From positions 150,970,001-151,034,000 of the forward strand of contig OZ024740.1 of assembly GCA_964016885.1 (NCBI GenBank): DNA of 64,000 nt, in the 5' to 3' direction. Positions 13,129 through 26,639 of this stretch are shown here, one piece after another (within the stretch, counting starts at the first letter, position 1; each line of letters starts with the position of its first letter). The position numbers were made by a program, and so were the translations under genes. The stretch comes from Eledone cirrhosa. Its lineage: Eukaryota. A model generated the notes under the pieces. It made no database searches. It was not told the origin of the DNA and saw nothing but the letters and a program-made list of their open reading frames with translations.

Positions 13129-13925
13129 TAAACTAATATATATGATGAAACACAAATACCAACATATCTGTATTTATATTGCAAAAGAAAATTTAGCCAG
13201 AATGAAGTATACCAATTATAATATTACAGTTTGTCCATATCGATTTAAAATAATAAATCAACAAAGACGAACTGTATTGCCAAATGGCCATGATGTTTAG
13301 ACACATTTAAATTTCAAAATCAAACCTGTTCCGTAGATAAGTTTAAACTTTAAAATCCAAATATGTTTCGAGATGAAAAAGTGTAAGGAATATCATGTCC
13401 TGCTCTCTTCAGTAAACATCCAGGGACAAATTGATATGCTTCACTTCTAAATAATTTAAAAGACTGTAACGCACATGGTTCACAGTTTCTGTAGGTCGAG
13501 CTGAACGTAGCCTCATATATACGGCTGTTATTTCTAGCAGTACGGTTATGAGGCTAACTAGAAACTGTGAACCATGTGCGTTACACGGTCTTTTAAATTA
13601 TTTAGAATTGAAGCATATCAATTTGTCCCTGGATGTTTACTGAAGAGAGCAGGACATGATATTCCTTACACTTTTTCATCTCGAAACATATTTGGATTTT
13701 AAAGTTTAAACTTATCTACGGAACAGGTTTGATTTTGAAATTTAAATCTGTCTAAACATCATGGCCATTTGGCAATACAGTTCGTCTTTGTTGATTTATT
13801 ATTTTAAATCGATATGGACAAACTGTAATATTATAATTGGTATACTTCATTCTGGCTAAACTTTCTTTTGCAATATAAACACAGATATGTTGGTATTTGT
13901 GTTTCATCATATATATTAGTTTATA
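13129..13925. repeat. fold-back palindrome, about 360 bp arms
   Basis: 13129-13488 vs 13560-13925 inverted with a few mismatches; about 70 nt spacer. Confidence 0.93.
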
Positions 13926-13933
13926 TATATATA

Positions 13934-13993
<60 letters not shown>

Positions 13994-14054
13994 GTAAACG
14001 GAAATAACAAAGCAAACGTCACAGTACAATTTAACGCTTGAAATAATAGGAAAA

Positions 14055-14097
14055 GAGTCTTAACATTTCGGACACTAGTCCTTCATCAGAAAATAGA
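14055..14097 (-). ncRNA. minimal type I hammerhead ribozyme
   Basis: ttt CTGATGA a GGAC tagt GTCC GAAA TG TT aag; weak stems I and III. Confidence 0.6.
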
Positions 14098-14459
14098 ATG
14101 AGAAGTAAAAGATGAAATAGAATGCTAGAGAGTGAGAAGAGGAAGGGACGGAAAAAATGAGAAAACACACACACACACATATAAATATATTTACATATAT
14201 TAAAATTGAGCCAAAATCTCCATATTGGGGTGCGGGGTGGGGGTGGTATGAGCTAGTTCGGCTAAAATAAGTCAATTTTACTAATAGTTCCCCGATCATG
14301 TTCTAGCTTACATCCTCCAAATTGAGATTTTGACTTAAGTTTACCATATTTTATTACTTCTTTGAGTAGATAATTCTTTAATATATCTTAATCCTTTCAT
14401 TGAGATGTTTACGTATTAAAGATAGTTTGCAAACGAATCGAATATTATTATTATTACTC

Positions 14460-14640
14460 AATTGGCAGTATCGTAGAGGGTCGGACGTCAAGCTTTGACG
14501 CATAGAGTTACGGCCCTTTCCATTCTGAGTTCAAATCCCGCCGAGGTTAACTTTGCCTTTCATCCTTACAGGGTCGATAAAATAAAGTACCAGTAATGCA
14601 CTGGGCAATTGTTGGCCTTATGCTAAAAGTAGAAACAATT
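14460..14640 (+). mobile_element. SINE family 1
   Basis: ttggcagtatcg..ttctgagttcaaatcccgccgaggttaactttgcctttcatcc..gtcgataaaataaagtaccag; closely similar to 62325-62520. Confidence 0.85.
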
Positions 14641-14719
14641 ATTATTATTCAATATAGCCCATACTTATATATGTATATATATATGTGTATGTGTATATGT
14701 GTACGTGTGCACACTTACA

Positions 14720-14780
<61 letters not shown>

Positions 14781-14785
14781 TAATG

Positions 14786-14819
<34 letters not shown>

Positions 14820-14822
<3 letters not shown>

Positions 14823-16310
14823 TAATTTGATTAAATCAACAGTAGGCCGGACTGTTTTATTGTTGCCATAGCCTGGGTACATGAGTCCCTGGTGACATCA
14901 TCAGGTAAGGATTGCATAATTAGTTAATCAATAAAAGGAATTACGGCAAACTCAAATAGAAAATAGAGAAAATATTTGATTCGGAGATGGCCCGCGAAAT
15001 CGGTGTTATTGTTGCAAAAAACTCATCAATACTAAGCACTGAGGGTTTGGTAGGCGTGACAAAGGTGGGTGGGGTTTGTGTGGTGGTGACAGAAATTCTA
15101 CTGTTAATCGAGACCTTTAACGTTAATGAGGACCAAACTGTCAGCTGCCACAAAGGTACTACATTCTATGTGATTATACCCTAGCCGAGAACTAGCGTAG
15201 TGTGACGGTGAAGAAAATCAGATTAAATGAGATGTGGTGTATCGAGGTCAAGAGTGTTATAAAAAGTTATAGAAATTTATACAAAATAATGAAAAGTTGG
15301 TTTGATGTCGTGTTAAGTAAATATAAATAAATGAATTACGAAAACTGTATTAAGAAAAAATAAATTAAGAGTAAATATAAATATAAATATTTATTAATTA
15401 TAATCTTAGTGTCAGTGTTTCAGTAAAATAATTGATTATGGGAAAATAATCTAGTTCACACATATATGTGTTTGTATTGTGAAAGAAAAGACAAAAAACG
15501 TAGTTTGGGGTTCCCTAGCGACTGTTGTAATGACACACCTTATCCTTGCAAAGTACAAAAAATTATACCCCACTACCCTGTACATTCTTATATTGAAAAT
15601 GGGGATATTAATTAATTAATTCATAGCACTCAAGGAATGGAAACAAATTTTGTCTTCCTGTTTGTACCTCAGAAGGTCATCAGATGGTCAGTGTAACACA
15701 TACCAGATCATTATTAATAGCAGTGATGCTAATGATTATGGTGATAGAATTATGGGTGGATAGAAAATGCAAGTATATATAGTTGAAGGTAAAATTGAAA
15801 AAATGAAAAATAAAATAAAAAATTTAAATTAAATTAAAATTAGATTAAATTAGAATAAATCATTAGCTAGTATTGTGGGTCGCTCAATTTTAGATTACAT
15901 ATGGAATATAATATAATTATATACTATAAGATAAAATATGAAAATATAGAAAACTAATACGTAGATTAATGGTTCATTTTACGTTTTGTAGTATATATGT
16001 CCCTCTGTAGTTATTATAATACAAGGGAACTATATTGAATGATAGGCGGTGATTTAATTTCTGGGTGGGGAAAAAAATTAAATATATTATTAATGGATGG
16101 TAAATAAGTCAACGAGGTAGTGAAATGCAATTAATGAATGATAATGATTAATATCTAGTTGAAGCTATTGGTATGAGGACCCTACTGAGATATGTGGTAC
16201 TAGATGTGGTATCACATGTAAATTATAAGGTAACCTGTAAGTTAAGGTGTATGCAAGTTATATTTGAAATATAGAATATAATAAAAACTATAATAAAATG
16301 AAATAAATAA
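14820..16310 (-). mobile_element. highly decayed PLE-like remnant with degenerate hammerhead at 14833-14910
   Basis: Faint GIY-YIG-like residues at 14950-15200; CTGATGA core with GAAA changed to AAAA and stem III CAGT/ACTG downstream on the same strand. Confidence 0.4.
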
Positions 16311-16314
16311 AAAT

Positions 16315-16598
16315 GTCGTTCTACATAGCCTCACAGGTCGGTAACGCCCGGGCAGTGTACAAATGCCTGCGTGACGGTTTCCTCGTCGCGCACGCACCTC
16401 GGACAGATCTTTTTCGAAGGGTCTCTGCCCGGGCGCCCGTGTCTGTAGAGCTTGTCTCGAACTGGTAGAGCTCCTCGGTAGCCCTGCCAGGCCAGGAACT
16501 TTTGGAAATTGTCCATCCGTCCCGGGCTGAAGGTCCTACCGAACAGACTGGCCAGTTCGTCCTCCTCTACGCCTAGAGTTTCTCCGAGCGCGTCGTCG
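16315..16598 (-). mobile_element. L1/Tx1-type LINE fragment (same family as 29930-35170)
   Basis: DDALGETLG..ALPVRDKLYRHG..KKICPRCVRDEETVTQAFVHCPGV matches ORF2 C-terminus at 30500-30830. Confidence 0.92.
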
Positions 16599-16839
16599 AT
16601 AGATAAATAGATATATAGATATATAGATAGATATCTATTTATATATAGATAGATAGATAGATAGATAGATAGGTAGGTAGATATATAGATTCGTAGATAA
16701 TAGAGCAAGAGAGAGAAAGAGAAAGATAGAAAGAAAGAATGAAAGCAAGGAAGAAGAAAAAACAAATATATATATATATTTGTGTGTTCTTTCTTCTACC
16801 TCGCTTTCTTTCTCTCTATTATATATATATATATATATT

Positions 16840-17120
16840 AGAAAGTGAGGTTTTTTTACAAAATGAAAAATAACCGAGGTGTCCTACACGAGTGGAAGTA
16901 TAAAGAAAAAGGGATGAAATCGAAAATGCAACTGAAGTCTTATTTTTTTTTTAAATATATATATTTAGATGTGAGAAAAACCACAGACCCTCCATCTCAA
17001 CTCACCTTTTGAAAAGCAGAAGAACTGCGAAACCGGTAAAGGAACCAAATAAATATATATATTTAAAAAAAAAATAAGACTTCAGTTGCATTTTCGATTT
17101 CATCCCTTTTTCTTTATATA
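16840..17120. repeat. (TA)n-flanked module with inverted repeat and variant hammerhead; second copy at 39672-39890
   Basis: 16897-16960 inverted at 17050-17120; internal TTGAAAA GCAG..CTGC GAAA CCGG TA. Confidence 0.85.
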
Positions 17121-17186
17121 TATATATATGAGGGACTTATTTTATTACATGTTACCCATGTGCTACCAGCAGTATTTTTCTCTATA

Positions 17187-17224
<38 letters not shown>

Positions 17225-17429
17225 ATATATATATATGTATATATATATATGTATATATATATATGTATTATACTTTGGGAGGGTCATGTTGCCAATATAT
17301 TGTATATATATACTGTCCAACCCTTGCAAATAGGGAAAAGCGGACGTAAAATGATGATGATGATATATATACATATATATATATATATGTATATATATTG
17401 TATATATATATATATATTATATATATATA

Positions 17430-17508
<79 letters not shown>

Positions 17509-17913
17509 TGTATATATATTATATATAAATATATATATATATATACAAACTGACGAAAGCAGGCAGATATCTAAGATGTATAGATAAATAAATAAATAGG
17601 AGAAAGTAAAAAAAACATGATGGTGTGCTGAGTTACGAGTGCAGAGACCAATATAATTTCTTAAGTTACCAGAATACGTACAATGTTTTACAATAGCCCT
17701 TAGGGGATACACTCAACGTAAAGGGTGCTGGGTTTCGGATACACAGAAGTATAATGTAATTTGCCAATTTAGCGGTGCAATGTACGACATATAGGGGTCA
17801 GCTGTCCCTCGTTTGCTAACGGAAGAGTACGCAAGATAATAAACTGTTAATGATACAAGACTATCGAATAGCTTTCGGTGAGTGTATTTGCATACTGCAC
17901 TCGCCCACCGCAA

Positions 17914-18039
<126 letters not shown>

Positions 18040-18144
18040 GTGTGTGTGTGTGTGTATGCATGCATTCATATATACATATATGTTTGTACATATGTGTGAA
18101 TGTACTCACACGCATACATACACCGACAGACAAACGTACACGCA

Positions 18145-18252
<108 letters not shown>

Positions 18253-18584
18253 AATATACATATATGTATATAAATATATACATATATATATAATTTTAGT
18301 CCTAGTTTATTAGTGAATTTTAGTCCTAGTTTACTGAAGGTGTCTATGGCTCCTGTATCAATTTATTTTGATATTAATATATATAAACGATACAATACAC
18401 CCGCCAAAAATCTTAGAAACATCAATAAAACCTTTGCTACCCACATTCAATACTCAAAAACTTATCTACATGGATCGGTAAACTTACTCTGGCACGATAG
18501 TTCCCTGGCGAATATTAGCTTCAAGGAAAATATCACTTAACCTTGCTCACCCACACATAATCTCCAAACTAGGCCCCATAAAAT

Positions 18585-18870
18585 GATTTGGTTCGCTCTA
18601 ACATTCCCCTAAGACGTCGGATGGAATGTCTTACAGTATTCGTCCCACCTCATTGCGCGCTCTGAGTTCCAATCCCGCAGTGATCAATTTTGCCTTTCAT
18701 CCTTTCGAAGTCGATAAAAAAAAGTACCAGTACTGGGGTCGATTCTTCTTCTATAGAAAACATCGGCTGTGTTTCAGATCTGGAGAGAGTTGGGCTGCGA
18801 CAGGTTTAAATGTGCCCTAGACACGCTCTAGACACGCCACAAGGAGTTATGGGATCCGTATCCTTATCCT
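18585..18870 (+). mobile_element. SINE family 1
   Basis: Colinear with the reverse complement of 895-1150. Confidence 0.8.
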
Positions 18871-21501
18871 TAGCACTTCCTCTGAATGATATAATCAATA
18901 TAGACAAGAGAATTCTAGCACTACTAGATAAACACTTCCCCTTAGTGCATACATAGATATATCACCATAATAAAATTAAAAATAGCATACTGTAGCACAT
19001 CTAATTTATATTTTAAAATATCTAATGGAACAGAAACTTACACAGAAGAAAGACCATCATATATATGAACAAGGAAGCATTTTCATCAGTCCAGTCCTAT
19101 AATAACTGAGCCATCGCATACTAAGTTAAATATACCCTGATAAGAACAACACAAACAACCCCAAATAATACATCGGCATGAGTAAAGAAACCTTCAAGAA
19201 AATAAATCGCTGACTCAGTTGTTCAAAAAACAACATGAAACCATGTAAAATATGTAAAACATGAAATATGTAAAATACCATGTAACATTATAGAGAAATG
19301 CATACCATATACAAATGAGATTAGGAAATGTCAGGTGTGATCATCGGAATAGGCAAACAATTTAAATCTATAAGAACGCTTAACGAATAATGATATATCT
19401 GCGGAGAAATGTTTAGAGCGTGTTGACACTTCCATAAATTTTTGGTCATATCTTTGGTATTGCTGACTAAAGCAAAATCTTATGCAACTATACGAACTAT
19501 AACTGAACCACAAGACCTGTGAGTGTACCTTTAATGTAATTCTCAGATTGATTAATCATGACATGCTGTGTGTGAAGATTAACCCTTTGAATTTCATCCT
19601 ATCTGCTTCCGTTTAACCAATTTCATTCAATTGAGGATATGGTAAATGACATTGTCCAAGATGCCACGGTGTATGTTCGAACCCGTTAGTCGATAATTGT
19701 GGCTGGAACACACAAACGTAGCTGTAACATTAATACTTTCACTAGTTCCCAGCAATATGCTGGGGTGTATCGCCAGCGATAGGAGCAGAAAAGGAAATGT
19801 TGCATTCCGACCGAGGTCACAGTGCCCGCCTCTGCTGTGGCCACTCAAGAACCAGGACGTACAAAAACAGACTTTACATTACAGAGAATGCAGTATGTTC
19901 AGGATGCATCGCTATATATTCTGGCTCACTGTTCAAACCCCCCGTCAAGATCAAATGTAATTCCATTACTTTCAAGGTCGATAAATAAAAAAACACTCCA
20001 ATACTAGTCTCGAATTTTCCTCTATCCCTCTTTATCACTTTCTCTCGTTTTCTCTACCATGGAAAAAATCTGTTGTGTCCAGACATGGTTGTGGATGGGT
20101 TCCACAGGTTTTAAAATAGCCGACACACCATGTGTCACGATTGCGCCACTACGACTCAGATGTTAAGGGCTCTTCCTTCCACCCTTTCAATCTCTTACAA
20201 TGCATCCCATACGATTCACACATGAGATGTAACTCTGCTAGTTTGAATCACGATACAACAGGAGAAAATGATCTGTGGACCATGCTTCATCATTCCATCA
20301 ACTACCTGCGGGCAATATGACTTATCAATCAGGGATGAATTTATGGTGATGGTGTTGCTTCTGGAGTTGGGAGGTTACACAATAACAACACAAGCAACAA
20401 CAGCAATAAGGTTATTTCTAGTAGTCCTCGACTTCATAGAGCAAACAGCCAAATTTTCCCCAAAATCAGACCCTGATTGATATTCATGAAAAATGCGCAA
20501 CAGAATTGGGAGGATAGTAAATGATGGAATAGCTTTGATTATTTGTATGCCCGATCATGGTTAACAGAAACGTCCTGTTGGTATGCGTCACATAGTTCTC
20601 AGTTAGGCAAACGTCACACGTTATATTTGAAAACCATGAGGGTCACATATAGTCATTCCGCTAAGATTATCACAACTTAAAGCCAAAGCTGACTCGGGTC
20701 GGATTTGAACTCAGAGCGCACAGCGTAGGAACAAATACGGTATGAACTCTTTAATAAATTCGCCGTTACGACACTTTTAAGAAAATATTATTAAGTCAAC
20801 GCTACTAACCAATAGCAATGCTACTTACTATACTACACCACCACAATGAACAGAAGCAACAATAACCTCACAAATATCATCATATCATCAACATCTTCAT
20901 CGTAATTACTACCATCACCACCATCAACCACCCAGCCCCACATCCATTACAATCACAACCTTCACCAACATTTGCAGTAATAATACAGCGACGACAGAAG
21001 TAGCAACAACATTTGCCATGAAACAGAAAACCATGAGAAGCAGCTAGAATAAAAGGCTACCGACAGTTTTCTTCAAAAGACCTGACATGACTTGTTCGCC
21101 AAATTTGACAGAAAGCTCTTAACATTTGACCTCAACAGTTTCATCAACAGCTTATGTTGTGGCCAGAAATAATTTCAACTTGTGTCACGTGAATTGTCTT
21201 GGTACCTGTGGACACTATCAATGTCGCCCCTGAGAATGATTTTCAGTTTTTATTAAAATGAATACCAATGGTAACAACAAAACAATATCTACTACTACTA
21301 CTACTACTACTACTACGACGACGACGACAACGACAACGATAACGACAACCGTGGTAGGGGAAGAGCCAAACTCTTTTCCTTAACGAGAGCTGCTTTCTCA
21401 CGATAGTACGTGTATACATACCTACATCCACTCAGACGCGCGCACACAGGCACACGCACACAGACACACACACACACACACACACACATATGTATGTGTC
21501 T

Positions 21502-21541
<40 letters not shown>

Positions 21542-21574
21542 ACACAATTTACGCAAACAAATTAATTGTTTCTC

Positions 21575-21780
21575 CTTTAGGCACAAGGCCAGCAATTTGA
21601 AAGGGGAGGGGAAAGTCAATTAAATCGACCTCAGTGCTTGCTGGTACTTTATTTTATCGACCCCGTAAGGATGAAAGGCAAAGCTAACCTCGGCAGGATT
21701 TGAACTCAGAACGTAAAGGGACGTAACTCTATGCCAAAAAAGCATGTTGTCTGGCGCTCTACCGATATTACCAATGATAG
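21575..21780 (-). mobile_element. SINE family 1
   Basis: Reverse of the consensus; followed by a plus-strand 3' half at 21805-21905. Confidence 0.85.
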
Positions 21781-21948
21781 GAAAGTGTTGTCAAATATCA
21801 TCATTATGTTAACTTTGCCTTTCATCCTTACGGAATCGATAAAATAAAGTACCAGTAATACACTGGCTAATTGCTGGCCTTGTGCCAATAGTAGAAACAA
21901 TTATGTTAATTCACTTGTGAAGCGCGTTTCGCAATGTACAGAACTTAC

Positions 21949-22065
21949 CTTTTCGACGCCTCATTCTTCTTTGTACGTTGGATTACAGTCGTAATTATTC
22001 TCCTATATTTTTCGCCTTTGGCTAAGCCCTCTGGAATCCAGGTGGGTATCATGAGGTAACCACAG
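21949..22065 (-). CDS. candidate internal coding exon of an unidentified host gene
   Basis: ttttttag acceptor, AAG|GTAAGT donor, 117 nt, one open frame (phase 2/2): CGYLMIPTWIPEGLAKGEKYRRIITTVIQRTKKNEASK; non-repetitive context. Confidence 0.45.
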
Positions 22066-22172
22066 CTAAAAAATCTACATAGAAATGAATCTACGGGAGT
22101 AGAACTGCTTCATTCATATGAATTCATATGATGATTTCTTACGAATTAAAATTTTATATTTATATATATAAA

Positions 22173-22208
<36 letters not shown>

Positions 22209-22277
22209 CAAGGTTTAGCAAATAGAGAAAAAGTTTTAAAATAAATTTTAAAAAAGTTTACTGTACCTACTATATTT

Positions 22278-22362
22278 AACCTTACCGCGCGGTTTCACGT
22301 CTCAAAATAAATGGATAATCCATGCGGAAATCCATTGAGAAGAAGACTTTCGTCAGAGGGTT
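22278..22362 (-). ncRNA. type I hammerhead ribozyme
   Basis: aaccct CTGACGA aaGTC..GACgt GAAA CCGCGCGG TA aggtt; palindromic stem III. Confidence 0.75.
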
Positions 22363-24149
22363 CTTCTCACTCGGAGAATATAAAATTCCCAAGTTCAAAT
22401 CACGAACTGGCGCCATACAGAACTGTTCCCGGATGAGAGTGTATGATGAAGAAACAATCTTGTCTAGTACCGTGTGTAAAGATAGAAGGCAAGAGCGGAA
22501 AGATCAATATCCTGCCACTAATATATATATATATATATTCAGTTAACTTATGTTTTCCGTGGCTGGCATCCATAATGCAGTGTAATGTGCAATAAGTGAG
22601 AGCATTATGTATAAGTATAAGTGCAATAAATTTACACATTAAAAAAGTTACACAAATCATGTAATTTTACCCGCTTATTTTATACCGGATGCGGTTGATT
22701 TTATTATAAATCATATATCTCTACGTCTGCAGAGTAATCTTCAGATCTTAATGATTACATATGTTTGATCGATATAATGTGACTATATATCTCTGAATCT
22801 GTGAGTCTGTTTGCTAAAAGATTTTTCGTAACACCTTTTCTATATATAAAAACGAATTTCTAAACTCAGGTTTTAATATGCTTCGCTGACGGGATTCAGT
22901 ACCACAGAAACTTATCTATCGCTGTCACTGGGCTTACTAAATAAAGGTAAGGGTTTGCATTGAGTTAGGTGAGGAGTGCAATCAAGTAATTCGGTGGGAG
23001 ATGGCGGAGACCGAAATGGTGAGTCCAGGTGTATCAGTGGTGTTGTTACATGTGTTCAGGTGGAGTGCATTTCGTGGATGCACACGTCTTTATGATGTTT
23101 CCCTTTTGCGTATTTTGTGTATTGTTTGATGAACGTGTGTGCATGCGTGTGTGTGCGTGTCTGTATGTGTGTGTATGTATGTGTGTGTGTGTGCATGCGC
23201 GTGTGTGCGTGCCTGTGTGTGTATCTGTGTGTGTGTGTGTGTGTGCGTGTGTGCATATGTGTCCCTGAATATTTTATGTATGTATCTTGTGTGTGGGTAT
23301 GCTTATGTATGAGTATATGTGTGAGGGTGTGATTGTGCGTTTGTCTGGGAATTTTTAATATATTTTTATATGTACGTTAAGGTACACATTTATATGTGTG
23401 TGTATGCTAATGTATGAGCGTGTGTTTGTGCTTGTGTTTATGTTTGTTATCTGTGTGTGTGTTTTGATAAGTTTTTGCGTTTATTAGTTTGATAATGTGA
23501 GTCTGCTTATGCGTGTGTTTGCATAAGCTCTTATGACTGTCTGTATTCTCGTGTGCGAGTGTACCAAACGAGAAAAGAGATGTAGTATCAAGAGTTGTGA
23601 TCGAAGTATAGGATGGATAGTGTCTAACCGTCAGGTGTCCGTGGTAGTTCAATATATGGCCAAGTAGGAGAAGCACGTCTGGGGAGGCTGTGTGTAGCAC
23701 ACTAAGAACGGAAGTGTGATGGCTTATATATAGCAGAAAAAGGTAATCATACTGTGGTGACACTGGATGAGTAGGTTATCGTAGGTTCAATTGACACCCT
23801 GACACTGAGGTGTTGTGTTTGTTTGTGGTGAAGGTGTTGATGGTTGTATGTGATCATGTTAGTTTAGTTGATGAATGTTGTTGGTTTACTTAATTAGCAA
23901 TGTTGGTTTACATTAATTAGTCAGTTATGTTAGTATAGAAGTGTTGCTGTTTTGTTAGTTGTTTAGTCGTGTTGGTTTAGTTAATTGAATATGTTAGTAT
24001 AGTTAGTATCTCATGTCAGTATAACCAATTAATTAATTAGCAGCGTCAGTATAATTAATTGTCTTTATGTATCTATAGTGGTATTGGTGTTTGTGTTCAT
24101 GCGTATCTATGTGTTTAGTGTATCTATATGCGTGTGTGAGTATGGGTGT

Positions 24150-24770
24150 TAGTGAATGTAGTCATATGATGCTGGTGATGACTGTTGGTGTGAAAGTGGA
24201 TGGGGGTAGTTGCTAGGAATAAGCTGACAGGAGGAGAAGGAGCGATGCATATAGACTATTTCTAGTAAAAGTTTGAAGAGAAAAAAATAACGCGCTGTTC
24301 TCACATGAGAAGTGAGTCTGGGGGGTCCATGGCAGGTAACGAAGCCAAACACTGCGAGGTGCTGGATGGAATGTCCAGCGGATCCGAAAGATCGTGCGGC
24401 AGGAGACTGGTTGCAGAACCGGATGTCCCGAAGATGCTCAGGGAACCTGTCCACTTGTCGACAAGTTTAGCCAATGTAAATGGCCTCCTATAGCTGAATA
24501 GAACTGGAAACGAGGAGATTTTTGACGTTACTTGTGCCCTTGGTGGAGGGGTGGGGAGGGAGAGGGAAAATAGGAAAAATCGAGGGGCCAATATTAGTCA
24601 GCGAAAGCGATGGAGGATTCTCCTCCGGAGGGGCAATCTGATTGGGTTGTTGATTAGGCGGAATGGAAGACGTTTGGTAACTGGCGGTGGTGTGGATGGC
24701 TTCTCGGGTGCAAGAGAAGACGGCTTACACCACAGTAGGGTGTATCCTCGCTCGGTGTACAGTCTCGATA
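24150..24770 (-). pseudogene. decayed PLE GIY-YIG endonuclease fragment
   Basis: IYIG*TCRQVDRFPEHLRDIRFCNQSPAARSFGSAGHSIQHLAVFG. Confidence 0.75.
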
Positions 24771-25036
24771 CACACGCGTATATATATATATATATATATA
24801 TTTGCTTGTTTTATAGGTTTTCAGTAACAATACATAACATTATTGGAATGACTGTTTGCTTCAAATATACTTGTTATTACAGGCTGGTACAGCAGTTTTG
24901 AAAAGCCAATATCGTAGGTGATACCTCGCAGGAAGTAAACAATATTAATAATTAAAATACTCAGTCTCTCTCTTTCACGCTCTTTCTCTCTCCCTATCTA
25001 ACCTTCTCCCTCAAACAGGTAGATTCAGAGCTTGAG

Positions 25037-25091
<55 letters not shown>

Positions 25092-25479
25092 AGTGCGTAT
25101 ATATGTTTGAAATGAATAGTTGACATGTATTTTCGTGAAGCCCGAAAAGACTGATTGAGTTCAACTCGTTTCACTAGCCTTTGGTTAGATAGTTTCTTGG
25201 GATAATTTAACATTATTCCAGCAGAGTAAATGTACAATCATTGGCAAACCATTCTTGAAGTTATAAGTTTCCATGCGGTTACTTGTATTCATTTCTAAGT
25301 TAGATGTATTCTTCTCCAAACTATTACCTATCATAAATAATAGGTGACAGTTTTAGATTTGAGTAAATAGTTATGATGATCAGAATGCTACGTTCTTTAT
25401 TGGCTAAATAACGTAATCTATAATGATACTATGATGATAACAGTTTTTGTTACATTGCTTCAGTCTGAAAGAAAAGGCT

Positions 25480-26600
25480 CTGTCTATGACATTTGAAGAC
25501 TCTCCGAGACCAGGGGGATTGATATATTAAACGTTTCCTTGAATAGTCGCAAGTCGATGGTTTTAAGAAAAGCGTTTTGAATATAAGAACTCTTTTGACG
25601 GCAAAACCTGACGTAGCCCTGGATTGGAGAAAACCTTGGCTTATTGGACTGATGAAAGTTTTTCCGTTCCCCAGTGAACGCAACGGCAACAACTTCAAGT
25701 GCAAGTCCGTCTTCAGGTGGAGGATTCCTAGGACCAACACCGATTCGCCTGCCTTCGCTCGGCTTGGCTCCATTTAGTGCCTTCCCCATCAACCGGTACC
25801 CTTCTTAGTGAGGAATGTACCAGAATTGGAATGGCCCAGCGCCACGTTCTCCATGTGTGTGATCCACACAGATGTCGTTGTGGAGCAGTGGTCGACGAGT
25901 TCGGCCCACACCCGTTATCTTGCCGCACCTTGGTGCAGGCCGGTTTCCTTGTCACGTCGCTGTGAACAACATAATCAGGAGGAAATTCGTCGCAGCCGGT
26001 TTCCCTTCAGAATTGGATACAGCTGCGTTGAATACGGCGAAGACAAGCACCCCGACGGATTAACCCTCCTCTCTTTCGAGGGGGCTAAATCCCTCTATTT
26101 GGTACGCGACGTGCAGAAACTAATTCTGTGCCTCCAGCCTTGTCACTTCGGCAAAAAACACGGACTTCCTAGCAACTACCTCCATCAACTAAGAAGATAG
26201 CCAAATACCTGGGCTTAATCGACCGATTCCTTTTTGCACCTGTCTCCATTGAGACTTCTGGCGCCTTTGCTACTCGTACTGCTGATTTCTTCAGTGAAGT
26301 CGTAACGACGGTATGCTGCTTCAAGAAGAAGCCATGAGAGGTGGGGTGGCTGTTTCAGCGCATCTATCTGGCCATTCTCCACGGTAAAGCCTTTGCTGAT
26401 TTGACTGCGGGACGTGGCTGAAGTTCCGTTCAGTATGGGGCGTAGTGATTGCCCTTCACCTTCCCTTTCTTTCGCCGCCTGATCCCTCTTTTATTTTCTC
26501 TTCTTCCTTGTCTGCTCCCTTTAGTATTGTGTTTTGTTTTTATTAGATACTACTCAATTATTTTATATAATGTTATTGGACATTCATGGAATTGTGGTAT
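25480..26600 (+). pseudogene. CRE-clade LINE 3' fragment (zinc finger + restriction-like endonuclease)
   Basis: CRCGAVVDEFGPHPLSC, AGRFPCHVAVNNII, HPDGLT, KIAKY, FAPVSIETSGAF, WLFQRIYLAILHG; frameshifted. Confidence 0.8.
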
Positions 26601-26639
26601 TTTGTATATTGAATAAATGGGAGGAATTTGGGGTTAAGC

